A stretch of DNA of 64,000 nt from Candidatus Poribacteria bacterium (GTDB taxonomy: Bacteria > Poribacteria > WGA-4E > WGA-3G): NCBI GenBank assembly GCA_963665235.2, contig CAXXLX010000001.1:1696001-1760000 (forward strand), read 5' to 3'. Positions 1 to 9,857 of the stretch are shown one piece after another. The first letter of the stretch is position 1. Each line of letters opens with the position of its first letter. The notes beneath the pieces are model-generated. The model searched no databases. It was not told the DNA's origin and saw nothing but the letters and a program-made list of their open reading frames with translations. Position numbers and translations under genes: made by a program.

Positions 1-17
1 ACGCAATTTGAAACGCT

Positions 18-581
18 CTTTTAATCGAACCAGTTTGGAATAGAAACTTGGAGCTACGGCGTAACCGAAACTGGCGAAATCCTTGCCTTTTAATCGAACC
101 AGTTTGGAATAGAAACATGCGCGCGTGTGCGTGCGTGTGCGTGCGTGTGCGTGCGTCTTTTAATCGAACCAGTTTGGAATAGAAACCATATTCTTTCCGA
201 GATGCACCTGTCTTACCAATCCATGCTTTTAATCGAACCAGTTTGGAATAGAAACGCTTTCCACTCATGACTCATGTCTCGTACACCTCTCCACCTTTTA
301 ATCGAACCAGTTTGGAATAGAAACCAAGCAATTAGAGATACCATCAGAGGAGAGCGATAGCTTTTAATCGAACCAGTTTGGAATAGAAACGCGGTGAGAT
401 GGTGCAGCGGTGAGATGGCGTGCATAGGCTTTTAATCGAACCAGTTTGGAATAGAAACCACTTCAATTCTCGGTCGCTTTTCGAATATAGTGTAGACTTT
501 TAATCGAACCAGTTTGGAATAGAAACAAGCAATCAGTACAAGCAGAAAGATGCCTGTAATTACGCTTTTAATCGAACTAGT
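18..581 (+). CRISPR. CRISPR array, repeat CTTTTAATCGAACCAGTTTGGAATAGAAAC (30 bp); 8 full repeats plus a truncated terminal repeat; probably continues upstream of the window
   Basis: Identical repeats start at 18, 87, 157, 226, 295, 361, 429 and 497. Unique spacers are 36-40 bp. A degenerate repeat at 565-581 marks the trailer end. The repeat ends in GAAAC, as in Cas6-processed type I-B/III repeats. Confidence 0.98.
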
Positions 582-609
582 AATGACGGGTCCGTTTTTG
601 GGGTATACG

Positions 610-1014
610 CCCCGACTAAGCTCAGAACACAAATAGCCCATGGGCCGCCACAAACCGAGTGATAGCAAGGGTCCCGGAGGCGTGAAAACCTAAATGGCCC
701 ACTCTGTCTTAGGCATTATATGCCACCGGTATAGGCCCCGACTAAGTTCTGAACACAAATAACCCATGGGCCGCTACAAACCGAGTGATAGCAAGGGTCC
801 CGGAGGCGTGAAAACCCAAATGGCCCACTCTGTCTTAGGCATTATATGCCCCAGTTATAGGCCCCAACTAAGTTCTGAACACAAATAGTCCATGGGCCGC
901 TACAAAACAAGTGATAGCAAGGGTCCCGGAGGCGTGAAAACCTAAATGGCCCACTCTATTTTAGGCATTATATGCCACCGGTATAGGCCCCGACTAAGTT
1001 CTGAACACAAATAG
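610..1014. repeat. 126-bp tandem repeat, about 3.2 copies
   Basis: Units start at 610, 736, 862 and 988 (CCCCRACTAAG...GGCATTATATGCC...TATAGG) with few substitutions. Confidence 0.95.
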
Positions 1015-1086
1015 GGCATAATCAACTAAAAACCGGGAGAGCTACATAATAAATTCACGCATAAATACAAAATATTTAAACACCAT

Positions 1087-1115
1087 TTGACAATTTGTTA
1101 ATGGTCCGTTAAAAT
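1087..1115 (+). promoter_or_regulatory. sigma70-type promoter of the WD40 gene
   Basis: TTGACA-17 bp-TAAAAT. Confidence 0.7.
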
Positions 1116-1181
1116 AAAAATGTGATTTTAGGGATTAGAGACTCTAAACTTGTGAACTCAAAACAGAGATATGGAGACATC

Positions 1182-3476
1182 ATGAATACTAATCATTTTT
1201 TTATAACACTCTTTTTGATTAGCGTCCTTGTTTTGCCAAAAGCTGTTGCCGCGGATGCTGCACACACCGTACTTGAAGGACACACGGATTCGGTATACAA
1301 CGTTGCCTTCAGTCCTGATGGAAACCTGCTGGCAAGTCAAAGTAGAGATGGGACTGTCAATATTTGGAATCCCAACACACGACAATTGTTACGAACCTTA
1401 AACACGAAAGATAGTGGCGGAATAGCGTTTAGTCCGGATGGAAACGTCCTCGCGAGTGGTGCATCAACAGATAAAGTTGTAAATCTGTGGAATCCGAATA
1501 CCGGGGAGCACCTGAATTCCTTCAAAGGACATGAAGCTGACGTGAATAGGGTCATATTTAGGCCCGATGGGGATGTTCTGGCAAGTGGAAGTTCGGACGG
1601 TAAAGTACATCTTTGGGACCCCGAAACAGGCGAACTTTTACGAATTTTGAATACCAATAAGCTTGCCGGATTAGCTTTCAGTGCTGATAGTCGTATCCTT
1701 GCTAACGGAAGCTGGGAGGGAGCACTCGTTAAAATCTGGAATCCTGAAACAGGACAACCGCTACACACCCTTAAACCAGCTGTCGATGTGGTCTTTGATG
1801 TCGCGTTTAGTCCTAATGAAAATATATTGGCAAGTTCCGGGTGGAGTGGAATTGACTTATGGGCTGCCGATACAGGAGAACACCTGCTCCCTTTTCCAAC
1901 AGACAGCGGACGGTTTTTATTATCCATTGCCTTTAGTCCGGATGGACGACTCCTTGCATGTGGACAGGATAACAAGACAATAACCTTGTGGGATGCAGAC
2001 AGGGGGATGTTATTGCATACACTACGCGGACACGCCGGTGATACTAGAGATAGTGACACAGCCTACGTTCGTGACGTCGCGTTTAGTCCGGATGGACAAT
2101 TCCTCGCAAGTGCAGGCGGTGATAAAACTGTACGTCTCTGGGAAATTACACCCCCAGATGAAATTTTACCACCGAAGTTTCCTGAAGGTCTAATCGGCCC
2201 GAACGTCAAAACATGGACCGAGGATTTCAACGACGGTAATCTCGATTCATGGACGAAACGGGAACACCAACGTGAAAGAGTCACATGGGAGGCAAAAAAC
2301 GGACGGCTGGACGTACAGACCCAACCCTTCTGCAACGGACGATTGAACATCTATAACATGTTGGCACATAACACCAATTACACGCTCGATTTTACCGCCT
2401 TTCCTATTGAAGAGGCGCAATTACGTGTTAAACTGAAAGTGCTCGATACAGAAAACGCGAATGCTGGAATTTTTATAGGCAAACAACCGGACAGTTTATT
2501 TGATAAGGTATTCCAACATGCATATCTATTCGCAAATCATACAATCGGGGGACCAGATAATTGGGGAAACAGTGGGGTGCCGACGATTGGTGTAAACCTA
2601 ACAGAAATTGATGTTGTGTTCGACCGTGGGCACTTCCATCTCTATTCTGAAGGGAAATTTATCGTTGACTTCCAAACCAGCCTCAAAACGATAGATTACG
2701 TGGGTATAGTCGTTTTTCCCAAAAGATGCGGGGGCAAAGCTGCGGTGACACTGGACGATTTCGAAATCTCCGGGCCATCCATTTCCGCTGTTAAAGTCCC
2801 AAAACCGGAACCTGAGGATAAAATAGAAGATGAACCGATTGAAATAGAGGGTGTCTGGGTTGAGGATTTCAGTGATGGAAAACTTGATGCATGGACAGAG
2901 TCTAAACATCAGCAGGAAGATAAAAGAGACACTTGGCAAGCAAAAAATGGACTGCTGGATGTGTGGATTCAACCACTTCCTGACCATGCACTCATACAGA
3001 CATATCAGTTGGAATTTACCGGTCTTCCTATTAAGGCAGAAAAACTTCGCGTTAGGGTTGACGTGCTTGAAGCACATCATGCAAACGTCGGTATTCTCAT
3101 CGGACAACGCGACTTAAATGGGTTTTTACATAGGCGGACCTATAAAATCCTTCATAAGAGTATATGGGGTCCAATAGCGTTCCAAGGTCAAAATCCAGCG
3201 GGCGGGTATGAAAATCTAAAGGACATAGAGATTGTCTTCGATAAGGGGCATTTTGAACTGTTATCTGAGGGAGAGCATATCCTAGAGTTTAATGAACCTA
3301 ATCTGCCCTTTGTTGATTGTCTCGGCATCGTTGCCTATACGACTGAAGTACCGCTTGCCCATTTTGTTATGGATAATTTCATCGTTTTGGAAAGCACTGC
3401 CCCAATACCGGAAGTCCTGAATGTCCGTGCTAAGGACAAGGCCGCTATCTTATGGGGAGAATTGAAACAGCAATAA
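1182..3476 (+). CDS. Secreted WD40 beta-propeller protein with two C-terminal beta-sandwich-like repeats and a conserved C-terminal tail
   Basis: Signal peptide; about 7 GH...VAFSPDG..LASG..D..V.LW repeats; duplicated WxEDFxDGxLDxWT domain; ends KDKAAILWGELKQQ; GGAG RBS before ATG 1182. Confidence 0.92.
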   Translation: MNTNHFFITLFLISVLVLPKAVAADAAHTVLEGHTDSVYNVAFSPDGNLLASQSRDGTVNIWNPNTRQLLRTLNTKDSGGIAFSPDGNVLASGASTDKVVNLWNPNTGEHLNSFKGHEADVNRVIFRPDGDVLASGSSDGKVHLWDPETGELLRILNTNKLAGLAFSADSRILANGSWEGALVKIWNPETGQPLHTLKPAVDVVFDVAFSPNENILASSGWSGIDLWAADTGEHLLPFPTDSGRFLLSIAFSPDGRLLACGQDNKTITLWDADRGMLLHTLRGHAGDTRDSDTAYVRDVAFSPDGQFLASAGGDKTVRLWEITPPDEILPPKFPEGLIGPNVKTWTEDFNDGNLDSWTKREHQRERVTWEAKNGRLDVQTQPFCNGRLNIYNMLAHNTNYTLDFTAFPIEEAQLRVKLKVLDTENANAGIFIGKQPDSLFDKVFQHAYLFANHTIGGPDNWGNSGVPTIGVNLTEIDVVFDRGHFHLYSEGKFIVDFQTSLKTIDYVGIVVFPKRCGGKAAVTLDDFEISGPSISAVKVPKPEPEDKIEDEPIEIEGVWVEDFSDGKLDAWTESKHQQEDKRDTWQAKNGLLDVWIQPLPDHALIQTYQLEFTGLPIKAEKLRVRVDVLEAHHANVGILIGQRDLNGFLHRRTYKILHKSIWGPIAFQGQNPAGGYENLKDIEIVFDKGHFELLSEGEHILEFNEPNLPFVDCLGIVAYTTEVPLAHFVMDNFIVLESTAPIPEVLNVRAKDKAAILWGELKQQ

Positions 3477-3565
3477 ACCCCTGAATGACGCGTCCGCATG
3501 GTCCTTCGTAACTGTAATAGGCGTAGGACGGACGCAGCGCGTTGATAAGTCCCCAGGATAATCGG

Positions 3566-4018
3566 ATTTAGCGGGTATAGCGGGCGAGGAAACCTCGCCC
3601 CTACGAAGCTAACGCATCTTGATACCGTAGGGTCGGGGTCCCCCCGCCCTATTAGCTGACTTTATCAACTTGGATTCGGTTGTGTTTTCCAGCGATTGTG
3701 GAGCCATAACCACTGTTCCGGATATTTGTGAATATACGTTTCCAACTGTTTCAGCAGACGCGTCGTATAGATTTCAACATCTCGCTCAACTCAAATTTAG
3801 CGGGTATAGCGGGCGAGGAAACCTCGCCCCTACGAAGCTAACGGAGCTTGATACCGTAGGGTCGGGGTCCCCCCGCCCTATTAGCTGGCTTTATCAACTC
3901 GGATTCGGTTATGTTTTCCAGCGATTGTGGAGCCATAACCACTGTTCCGGATATTTGTGAATATACGTTTCCAACTGTTTCAGCAGACGCGTCGTATGGA
4001 TTTCAACATCTCGCTCAA
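3566..4018. repeat. 224-bp tandem duplication (3566-3789 / 3795-4018) containing GTAG-type REP hairpins and the 3' end of the acyltransferase gene
   Basis: Two copies differ at about 6 positions; REP hairpin GGGCGAGGAAACCTCGCCCCTAC in each. Confidence 0.93.
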
Positions 4019-4802
4019 AGTTATCCGAGGGTTCCAGGAACATAGGGGGCGAGATATAGACATGATGCCGGTCATCTGGTTGTCGGATGTCCAGGGAAAA
4101 GAGAATCGGCGCGCCCGTTTTCAAGGCGAGGGTAACAGGGCCACGCGGCGTAGAAGCAGGTTTACCGAAAAAATTGATGAACACCCCCTCCGGCCCAGCA
4201 TTCTGATCGGCGAAGAATCCAACTGCGTCGTTGTTTTTAAGGGCGCGTAGGGTTTGACGAATTGCCCCCCTACGCGGAATCAATTTCAAACTTAGATGTT
4301 CCCGATATTGCGAAATATAGGTATTGAGTTGCACATTTTTCAGCGGAAAGGCAATCGCTTTCGCCCGGTTCGGAATAAGCGCGCCGTAAACAACAGAGAG
4401 CAGCTCCCAATTTCCAAAGTGAGGTAGGAACACAATTGCACCTTTTCCTTTCGCCAAGGCAGCGTGGATATTTTCTCCCCCCTCCACGTTGATTTCATCC
4501 CAGATATTCTCTGCACTCAATTTCGGGAAACGGAGAAACTCAATACCAGTTTTACCGAGATTGATAAAGCACATCTTACAAATTTCTTCGCGCTGTGCCG
4601 CGGTTAGGTCGTTACCGAATGCAATCTCTAAATTGTGTAGTGCAATCTGCCGCCGTTTTTTGAGGGTTCGATACAGCAATTTACCGATGTCCCGGCCAAG
4701 TTGCATCCCCCATTTTTTCGGGAGACCCCGGCAGACCCAACCGAAAATAGCGACGAGTCTATAAACAACGCTGTCTATCCATTTGTTACGCTTCGTACGC
4801 AT
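3909..4802 (-). CDS. htrB: Lipid A biosynthesis acyltransferase (HtrB/LpxL/MsbB family)
   Basis: HFGNWEL, ADQ, FFG and PEQWLWLHNRWK motifs. Confidence 0.9.
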   Translation of the reverse strand: MRTKRNKWIDSVVYRLVAIFGWVCRGLPKKWGMQLGRDIGKLLYRTLKKRRQIALHNLEIAFGNDLTAAQREEICKMCFINLGKTGIEFLRFPKLSAENIWDEINVEGGENIHAALAKGKGAIVFLPHFGNWELLSVVYGALIPNRAKAIAFPLKNVQLNTYISQYREHLSLKLIPRRGAIRQTLRALKNNDAVGFFADQNAGPEGVFINFFGKPASTPRGPVTLALKTGAPILFSLDIRQPDDRHHVYISPPMFLEPSDNFERDVEIHTTRLLKQLETYIHKYPEQWLWLHNRWKT

Positions 4803-4824
4803 CAGGCATCTCCGAATTGACTAA

Positions 4825-4946
4825 TTGGCTGTTGGCTATTGGCTGTTGGCTGGTAGCAAAAGGAAGAGGACACTGACGCGCATCAGAAACCTACTTAGAA
4901 TCACAAAATCTTGCTAATTGCTAATTGCCAATCGCTAATCGCCAAT
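4825..4946. repeat. Inverted pair of short heptamer tandem repeats (TTGGCTG/TTGGCTA ... GCTAATT/GCCAATC)
   Basis: Two heptamer runs in opposite orientation in a divergent intergenic region. Confidence 0.7.
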
Positions 4947-4990
4947 CTAGTATATCATGCATGCCGACAGAAAACAATTTATTTTTTCTC

Positions 4991-5019
4991 TTGACATCTG
5001 CTGGGAATTACTATAGCAT
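4991..5019 (+). promoter_or_regulatory. sigma70-type promoter of the MoxR operon
   Basis: TTGACA-17 bp-TAGCAT; AGGAG RBS before 5054. Confidence 0.55.
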
Positions 5020-5053
5020 ATAGTCACATTCCGAGGACAAAAGGAGAAAAGTA

Positions 5054-6055
5054 ATGAATGTATCAGATAACACAGCGAGTACGCCCGATGACAAAACACC
5101 GCTGCAACCGATGAAACCGACCGACATTCTGGACGCAATGTTTAGTCTGTATCTGCGGCATTTTCGGCTGTTTTTGGGAATATCAGCAGTTTATTTTGTG
5201 GCAATGCTAGTCTTCAATTTTACTTTATTCGGCTGGATTTTCTACACCCTTAGTAACACCCCATTAGGATTAGGGCACGCATCAGCAAGGTGGGGGACAG
5301 CAATAGTCATTCTATTCGTGATTGTAGTTCCTACAATAGTTTTCGTCACCTTGTTAGTTACCGGGGGGCTTATCTTCGCGAGTGCGCGGTGCTATTTAGG
5401 GGAACAGACCACATTCAGCGTTGCCTTACAGCACGTCCTCAGGCGGTTTTTTCCCTACTTTGGCAGCAGTCTCCTCTGGGGATTGGCTGTCGGAGCGTTC
5501 CCGTTTGCCATCTATCTTGCTGTCAGCCTCCTCTGGGGACTGATTGTCGGTGTGTTAGCGACTACACTTATCGGTATACCGTTTGCCATCTATTTCGCTG
5601 TGCTTTGGTATTTCTATAGCGTGGCTGTTCTAGTAGAGGACAAACCAATAATGCAGTCATTCCGCCGAAGCAAGGAATTAGTCAAGGGGACGTGGTGGCG
5701 TGTCTTCGGTATTTTGTTAGCGATTTATCTGCTCATTTTCATGGTTAACTTTATCCTAAACGGGTCTTTGGGATTAATCCTTTCGTTGGTAGGAGGTGCG
5801 CAGGGTGTGGATATTCTGGAATTGATGAGGCAGATTTTTTTGGGGGGAACTTCTATCGAATCTTCTAATATCTTACTTTTTTCCCTAATTCGGAATTTCA
5901 TCAATTTAGCTGTTACAACCTTTTTGCTACCGTTGGGTATCATCGGTACCGTTCTCCTCTACTACGATTTGCGAATTCGGAAGGAGGGGTTTGATATTGA
6001 GAGAATGGCGACACATGTAGATACGGAGCAAGAAACCCCCGTTAATGGAGTATAA
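5054..6055 (+). CDS. Integral membrane protein (GDPD membrane-anchor-like, MoxR operon associated)
   Basis: Multiple TM helices; SFRRSKELVKGTWWRVFG and YYDLRIRKEGFD motifs. Confidence 0.8.
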   Translation: MNVSDNTASTPDDKTPLQPMKPTDILDAMFSLYLRHFRLFLGISAVYFVAMLVFNFTLFGWIFYTLSNTPLGLGHASARWGTAIVILFVIVVPTIVFVTLLVTGGLIFASARCYLGEQTTFSVALQHVLRRFFPYFGSSLLWGLAVGAFPFAIYLAVSLLWGLIVGVLATTLIGIPFAIYFAVLWYFYSVAVLVEDKPIMQSFRRSKELVKGTWWRVFGILLAIYLLIFMVNFILNGSLGLILSLVGGAQGVDILELMRQIFLGGTSIESSNILLFSLIRNFINLAVTTFLLPLGIIGTVLLYYDLRIRKEGFDIERMATHVDTEQETPVNGV

Positions 6056-6060
6056 TCAAA

Positions 6061-7092
6061 ATGTCAAATGGATTGTTTTCGCGTATTATGACACCGTGTG
6101 TCCTTATTTTATTCGGGATTACGGCAATTCACACCCTCTATGTTTGTAAACGTAATTCCGACGCGTCGTGGGGGTTTGACACGGTATACGGTCTTTCTCC
6201 GAAGGAAACCTCTAAACCTGAAAAGGGAATGTGGGGGCGGTCCGCTGATCTTCGCCTATCGCAGATGAACACCGTAAACGGTGTTACCTGGGGCTGGTTT
6301 CTACAGGTTCCGTGGCAGCATTTCGGTTTCCTGTGGATAGCGATGGGACCGCTTAGCTTGGCAATAGCGGCACGGCAGCGCGGCCTAGACATAACAGGAG
6401 ACGAAGCATGGCGAATCACATTCCGAAGAATTTGGCACCTTCTCGGCACATATCTGTTTTTATTTGTCCTCAGCCTTCTATTAATCACTCTCTTTTCTAT
6501 AATCGCTTATGGAACGGGAATCATTGAGAACATGACGATATTTCTAATCTTCCTGGGGCTCCTCGGCGCGGTTATAATCTATTTTATGGTGAAGTGGAGC
6601 TTTCACAACCAAACCATCGTCCTTGAGAATTTACCGATAATTCCAGCTTTCCGCCGAAGTAGTGAACTCGTCCGGGGGGTATGGCTAAAGGTTTTCGGTG
6701 TTTACGCGATTGTGATTTGGTTAACCCAGAGAATCATCGCCGTTTCACTAGCAGTAATGGCGTTGCTACTTTCCGGTATCGTCCCTGAATTTGAGCATGT
6801 GGGTCAGGAATTGCAGTCGGGAGAGTTCATTACACTCCTTGTTGGCGGTTATGCTGGAATAACTTTATGGGGTACCCCAAGCTTCTCAGTGGTTTTACTG
6901 ATGGCAACGGTAAGAATGGTCATAAATGCTCTAGTGTTGCCTATTTTGGCGGTTTTTACGATGCGTCTCTATCTGAAACAGGTGGAACGTGGCGGTGCAC
7001 CCCCTATCCCTACTGAAACGGAAGAGGAAAACTTCAATGAAAACGTCGATACTTCTTTGCCTGATGGTCTGTTTTATAGCAGTGTCCGCTGA
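6061..7092 (+). CDS. Paralogous integral membrane protein
   Basis: TM helices; AFRRSSELVRGVWLKVFG motif shared with the upstream gene. Confidence 0.75.
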   Translation: MSNGLFSRIMTPCVLILFGITAIHTLYVCKRNSDASWGFDTVYGLSPKETSKPEKGMWGRSADLRLSQMNTVNGVTWGWFLQVPWQHFGFLWIAMGPLSLAIAARQRGLDITGDEAWRITFRRIWHLLGTYLFLFVLSLLLITLFSIIAYGTGIIENMTIFLIFLGLLGAVIIYFMVKWSFHNQTIVLENLPIIPAFRRSSELVRGVWLKVFGVYAIVIWLTQRIIAVSLAVMALLLSGIVPEFEHVGQELQSGEFITLLVGGYAGITLWGTPSFSVVLLMATVRMVINALVLPILAVFTMRLYLKQVERGGAPPIPTETEEENFNENVDTSLPDGLFYSSVR

Positions 7093-7687
7093 AGGGTTGG
7101 CAAGAACCGAGGGGCAGAAATTTCGGGAGGAGCTGGCTGAACAACGGGGCGAGATGCCTGTCTCCTACGAAAAATATAGGGAATTTTTGGAAGAACGTTT
7201 TGACTCCAAACCCGCCTCGCGTCGGAATAGCTCTTGGGGTGATAGCTTAAAATATCTCCTGCTAATACTTGGCATTCTTGCATTGAGCGCGGCAGTCCTC
7301 TTCTTTATCAGGCAAATTCGGATGAACCTGATTACAGAGGCACATGAGGCAGCCCCCGAATCTGAAGTAGCAGATGTGCACACAGAAAAGGTAGCACTCG
7401 CGCGGGCAGAAACAGCTGTAGCAGCTAGCGATTTTCGGGGAGCACTCCGATTCCTCTATCTCTCCGCGGTTTTAAACCTCCAAGAACGAGGGTTACTCCC
7501 GTATGATAGAAGCTTGACGAACCGAGAATATCTCCGCCATGCACAAACGAACCTTAACTTACAAGATAACCTGCGTCCTATAATTACAGTTTTCGACGAG
7601 GTCTGGTACGGACACAAACCTTGCGATGCGAAAACCGTCGCTGATTACAGAGCCCTATTGCAAAAGGTGTATGCAGCGGAGGGTTAG
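7037..7687 (+). CDS. DUF4129 domain protein
   Basis: DFRGALRFLYL...TNREYL...FDEVWYG motif; signal peptide plus TM. Confidence 0.8.
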   Translation: MKTSILLCLMVCFIAVSAEGLARTEGQKFREELAEQRGEMPVSYEKYREFLEERFDSKPASRRNSSWGDSLKYLLLILGILALSAAVLFFIRQIRMNLITEAHEAAPESEVADVHTEKVALARAETAVAASDFRGALRFLYLSAVLNLQERGLLPYDRSLTNREYLRHAQTNLNLQDNLRPIITVFDEVWYGHKPCDAKTVADYRALLQKVYAAEG

Positions 7688-7727
7688 GGAGGTTCGCAAG
7701 ATTCCATAGCAGGCGAGCGGAGGTCCT

Positions 7728-8864
7728 ATGATTCGATATTTTATCTTCAGCGTGCTCCTGGGTGGGGTGCTTGCTTTTTCTCAGATTTCCTGCGATTCCT
7801 CTGAAAATAGGAGCCTGCTTCATCAGGTCCTGCGTCAGTTGAAGTTCCGCGTCACAGAAATATCGCCAGAATATCCTATCCGACCGAATAGATTTGATGT
7901 GCTGTTTTTGCAAGACCTCAACGAACCCCTTACTGAAAAGGAGCGCGATCAGATTCATAAATTCGTTCAAAACGGTGGGACCTTAATTGTAGCAGCGGAC
8001 AGTTTGAAACTTGATAATCTCTTTAGGGATTATCAGATAGCACTGCGCAGCTCACCCAGCTATATAAAATCTGCGCGACGCATGCCAAACAAACCGTTTT
8101 TTTCGTTGCTGCCGGTCGATAACATTCGTGCCCATACCCGTTTTGTTATTGACCCCCTAGAACGGGAAGTGGCACCTCTCTACGGGGAATCGGACAGGTC
8201 CGTGATGATAACGTTTGGTGAAGGGGCGGGCCGTGCTTATTTCATCTCGTCCACCTATCTTTTTGGGGATTCCGGGCTGCGAAATTATCCAAATGCTAGA
8301 CTCCTTTACAACTTGATGTCGACGTTTCCTCACAAAGCGCATATCGGGTTGAGCGAAGCACAAGATCATTACTTCCCCCCTCGGTCAGAACAGAATAGGG
8401 GGAACTTCATGGCACTTCTGTTTAAAACACCAGTGGGTCTGGGGATTATTTACACCTGCCTTGCGCTCTTTATTTTTCTGACCCTGCGCGGCCGGCGATT
8501 CGGCAAACCGTTGCACGTCCAGGAAAAAAACAGGCGGCTCAGCGCGGAATATGTCCTCGCTATGACTGCCTTGTATCAGAAGGGAAACACCCGCATGGAA
8601 ATTTTGAAGCAGCTCCGCGATAAATTCAAACATGACCTATCAGAGCGATGGCGTGTCAATCCTAATTTAGGAACAGCTGCGTTTATAGATGAATTGGGAC
8701 AGCGCGGTGCGATAGATGAATTGGGACAGATTTCAAATCTACTCACAGAACTTGAAACGAAACGGGATATTTCGGAGGCACAGCTCCTTGAAATTGCACA
8801 ACGCGTTGAAACATATTGCGAAACACAGCGAATTGGTAGGACAAAATTTACAACAGAAACCTAA
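7728..8864 (+). CDS. DUF4350 domain membrane protein
   Basis: FVQNGGTLIVA; TM followed by RRFG.P; position in MoxR operon. Confidence 0.78.
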   Translation: MIRYFIFSVLLGGVLAFSQISCDSSENRSLLHQVLRQLKFRVTEISPEYPIRPNRFDVLFLQDLNEPLTEKERDQIHKFVQNGGTLIVAADSLKLDNLFRDYQIALRSSPSYIKSARRMPNKPFFSLLPVDNIRAHTRFVIDPLEREVAPLYGESDRSVMITFGEGAGRAYFISSTYLFGDSGLRNYPNARLLYNLMSTFPHKAHIGLSEAQDHYFPPRSEQNRGNFMALLFKTPVGLGIIYTCLALFIFLTLRGRRFGKPLHVQEKNRRLSAEYVLAMTALYQKGNTRMEILKQLRDKFKHDLSERWRVNPNLGTAAFIDELGQRGAIDELGQISNLLTELETKRDISEAQLLEIAQRVETYCETQRIGRTKFTTET

Positions 8865-8883
8865 AAATCTTTAGAGAGGAAAA

Positions 8884-9837
8884 ATGGATAATTTGGTTCA
8901 AACCGTTTTTGACAAAATGAAGCAGGAGGCTCAAAAGATAATCGTTGGGCAGGAAGAGATTTTTGAATTGGTAGTAGTCAGCTTCTTTTCAGGCGGACAT
9001 GTCTTGCTGGAAGGTGTCCCCGGGACTGCCAAGACGTTAATCGCCAAAACGTTGGCATTGGTCATATCGGGGGAATTCAGCCGGGTGCAATTTACGCCGG
9101 ACCTCATGCCATCCGATATTGTCGGCACGAGCGTTTACGATTTGACGACGAACCAATTCGACCTCAAACGCGGGCCTGTTTTCACCAATGTACTGCTTGC
9201 TGATGAAATTAACCGTGCCCCTGCAAAAACTCAATCCGCGCTATTGGAATGTATGGAGGAACGGCAGGTCAGCATTGATGGGACCCGCCATCAATTGCCG
9301 CTCCCGTTTATCGTGTTGGCAACGCAAAATCCTATAGAATATGAAGGCACCTATCCGCTCCCTGAAGCACAACTCGATCGGTTTTTGTTTAAATTGCGCG
9401 TTGGTTATCCGGGGCAGGAAGCGGAGACGCAGCTTCTGATGAACTATCATCAAGGTTTCAATGCCGCCCGTTTAGAAGCAATAGGCGTTGAAAGTGTCGT
9501 TGATAGTGCGCTGCTTGAGCAGTGTCAAACGTTTATCCAATCGGTTACGGTGGAAGATTCCATTTTTAACTATATTGTGAGTTTAGCAGAGGCATCGCGT
9601 ACCTCTCATGAATTGGTTTTAGGCGGCAGTCCACGTGCATCCATCGCGCTGTTGTTGGCAAGTAAAACCTATGCGGCTTTGCAAGGTCGAGATTACATTT
9701 TGCCGGATGATGTTAAACTCCTCGCGCCCCATGTGTATCGCCATCGGATTCTGTTGAAACCTGATGCCGAAATTGAAGGGTTATCCGCCGATGATATCAT
9801 CGACAGATTGCTCGCCGAAGTAGAAATACCGCGCTAG
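8884..9837 (+). CDS. moxR: MoxR family AAA+ ATPase
   Basis: [48 protein letters not shown]. Confidence 0.96.
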   Translation: MDNLVQTVFDKMKQEAQKIIVGQEEIFELVVVSFFSGGHVLLEGVPGTAKTLIAKTLALVISGEFSRVQFTPDLMPSDIVGTSVYDLTTNQFDLKRGPVFTNVLLADEINRAPAKTQSALLECMEERQVSIDGTRHQLPLPFIVLATQNPIEYEGTYPLPEAQLDRFLFKLRVGYPGQEAETQLLMNYHQGFNAARLEAIGVESVVDSALLEQCQTFIQSVTVEDSIFNYIVSLAEASRTSHELVLGGSPRASIALLLASKTYAALQGRDYILPDDVKLLAPHVYRHRILLKPDAEIEGLSADDIIDRLLAEVEIPR

Positions 9838-9857
9838 TGTTCTAATGGAGTGCTCTC

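Noticed and set aside
48-564. Self-targeting spacers within the window
   Set aside because: No match noticed by eye; not exhaustive, needs BLASTn
213-668. ORFs 213-425 and 432-668
   Set aside because: Translations of CRISPR repeats and spacers
1337-2059. 240-aa antisense ORF and similar shadow ORFs throughout the window
   Set aside because: They lie opposite well-supported genes and show no motifs or RBS
3566-4018. Diversity-generating retroelement TR/VR pair
   Set aside because: Mismatches are not adenine-specific and no reverse transcriptase is present in the window
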